A DNA stretch of 64,000 nt from an uncultured Bacteroidia bacterium (lineage in GTDB: Bacteria > Bacteroidota > Bacteroidia > Bacteroidales > ML635J-15). Shown here in pieces: positions 63,667-64,000 of this stretch (positions are counted from its first letter, which is position 1; the number at the start of each line of letters is the position of its first letter). The notes beneath the pieces are model-generated. The model was given only the letters and a program-made list of their open reading frames with translations. It was not told the DNA's origin and did no database searches. The position numbers and the translations under genes were made by a program. The DNA lies in assembly GCA_902791865.1 (NCBI GenBank), contig CADAXK010000004.1, positions 320,559-384,558 on the forward strand, given 5' to 3'.

Positions 63667-64000
63667 TTAGTCTTCTTCCTGCTTGTTTGCTTCGTATTCC
63701 TTGAGCAATGCATCCTGTACATCAGGTGGAACCTGCTGGTATTCAGCAAAGCTCATGCTGTACATTGCACGACCGCCGGTATTTGCGCGAAGTGAAGTCG
63801 AGAAAGTTGCCATTTCTGCCAGAGGAACGCGAGCGGTAATCTTCTGGAATCCCTTTTCGCTCGACATACCCTGAACGATAGCACGACGACCATTCAAGTC
63901 GCTGATAACATCACCCATTCTGTCGCCCGGAACAAGAACCTCAAGGTCGTAAACAGGTTCCATGATCTTTGGACCTGCCAACTTGAATGCCTGGCTGAAT
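63667..64000 (-). CDS. Elongation factor G family GTPase, C-terminal part only (gene continues beyond the window)
   Basis: EPVYDLEVLVPGDRMGDVISDLNGRRAIVQGM...ARVPLAEMATFSTSLRANTGGRAMYSMSFAEY matches EF-G domains IV/V. The frame is open to nt 64000. Confidence 0.8.
   Translation of the reverse strand, partial: FSQAFKLAGPKIMEPVYDLEVLVPGDRMGDVISDLNGRRAIVQGMSSEKGFQKITARVPLAEMATFSTSLRANTGGRAMYSMSFAEYQQVPPDVQDALLKEYEANKQEED

Overview
The window reads as a Bacteroidota (Bacteroidales-like) chromosome. Evidence: TAnnTTTG -7 promoter boxes ahead of both tRNAs and many genes, lipoprotein signal peptides ending in Cys, and a T9SS C-terminal sorting domain. Layout by region. (1) nt 1-24221 is one uninterrupted plus-strand block of 24 genes with start/stop overlaps. 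It is an aryl-polyene/flexirubin-type type II PKS-like pigment cluster: ammonia-lyase, FabG, four KS or KS-like genes plus a small KS-associated gene, two ACPs, two hotdog dehydratases, thioesterase, acyltransferases, LolA-like protein, GT2, an MMPL exporter fused to an acyltransferase, a doubled CrtI-like oxidoreductase, B12-radical SAM, and a PaaK-like ligase. (2) cutC. (3) ~25.0-34.8 kb is a mosaic accessory, defence-like island. It holds a candidate sRNA, a five-gene minus-strand cassette with an orphan HicB-like gene, a 690-nt repeat- and palindrome-rich non-coding tract, a truncated DUF1016 gene, an N6-adenine methylase with a DUF262-HNH nuclease, and two AAA+/DUF4143 ATPase genes. (4) 34.9-39.9 kb holds zinc-ribbon/membrane proteins and a transglutaminase-like lipoprotein. 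(5) A core block follows: RNase G, an unlisted 30-aa basic ORF, HU, a sugar phosphotransferase and lipoproteins. (6) Next come an AT-rich lipoprotein islet, tRNA-Arg(TCT), a polyprenyl synthase, a transketolase C-subunit and tsaE. (7) 51.3-60.1 kb is a second accessory stretch: an AlbA_2-type regulator with a 12-nt in-frame repeat, an XRE HTH gene, a WG-repeat lipoprotein, a TPR/coiled-coil membrane protein, a frameshifted CARDB-like gene and a third DUF4143 ATPase. (8) tRNA-Leu(TAG), tig, a T9SS M14 carboxypeptidase and the 3' end of an EF-G-like gene close the window. The most unusual signals are non-genic. Each DUF4143 ATPase paralog is flanked by its own phased direct repeats or quasi-palindromes. 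A three-hairpin REP/MITE-like element occurs six times in both orientations. Two short-tandem-repeat mosaics share an exact 19-mer in inverted orientation. All functional calls rest on motif recognition by eye. No database search, RNA folding or statistics could be run, so family names are provisional.
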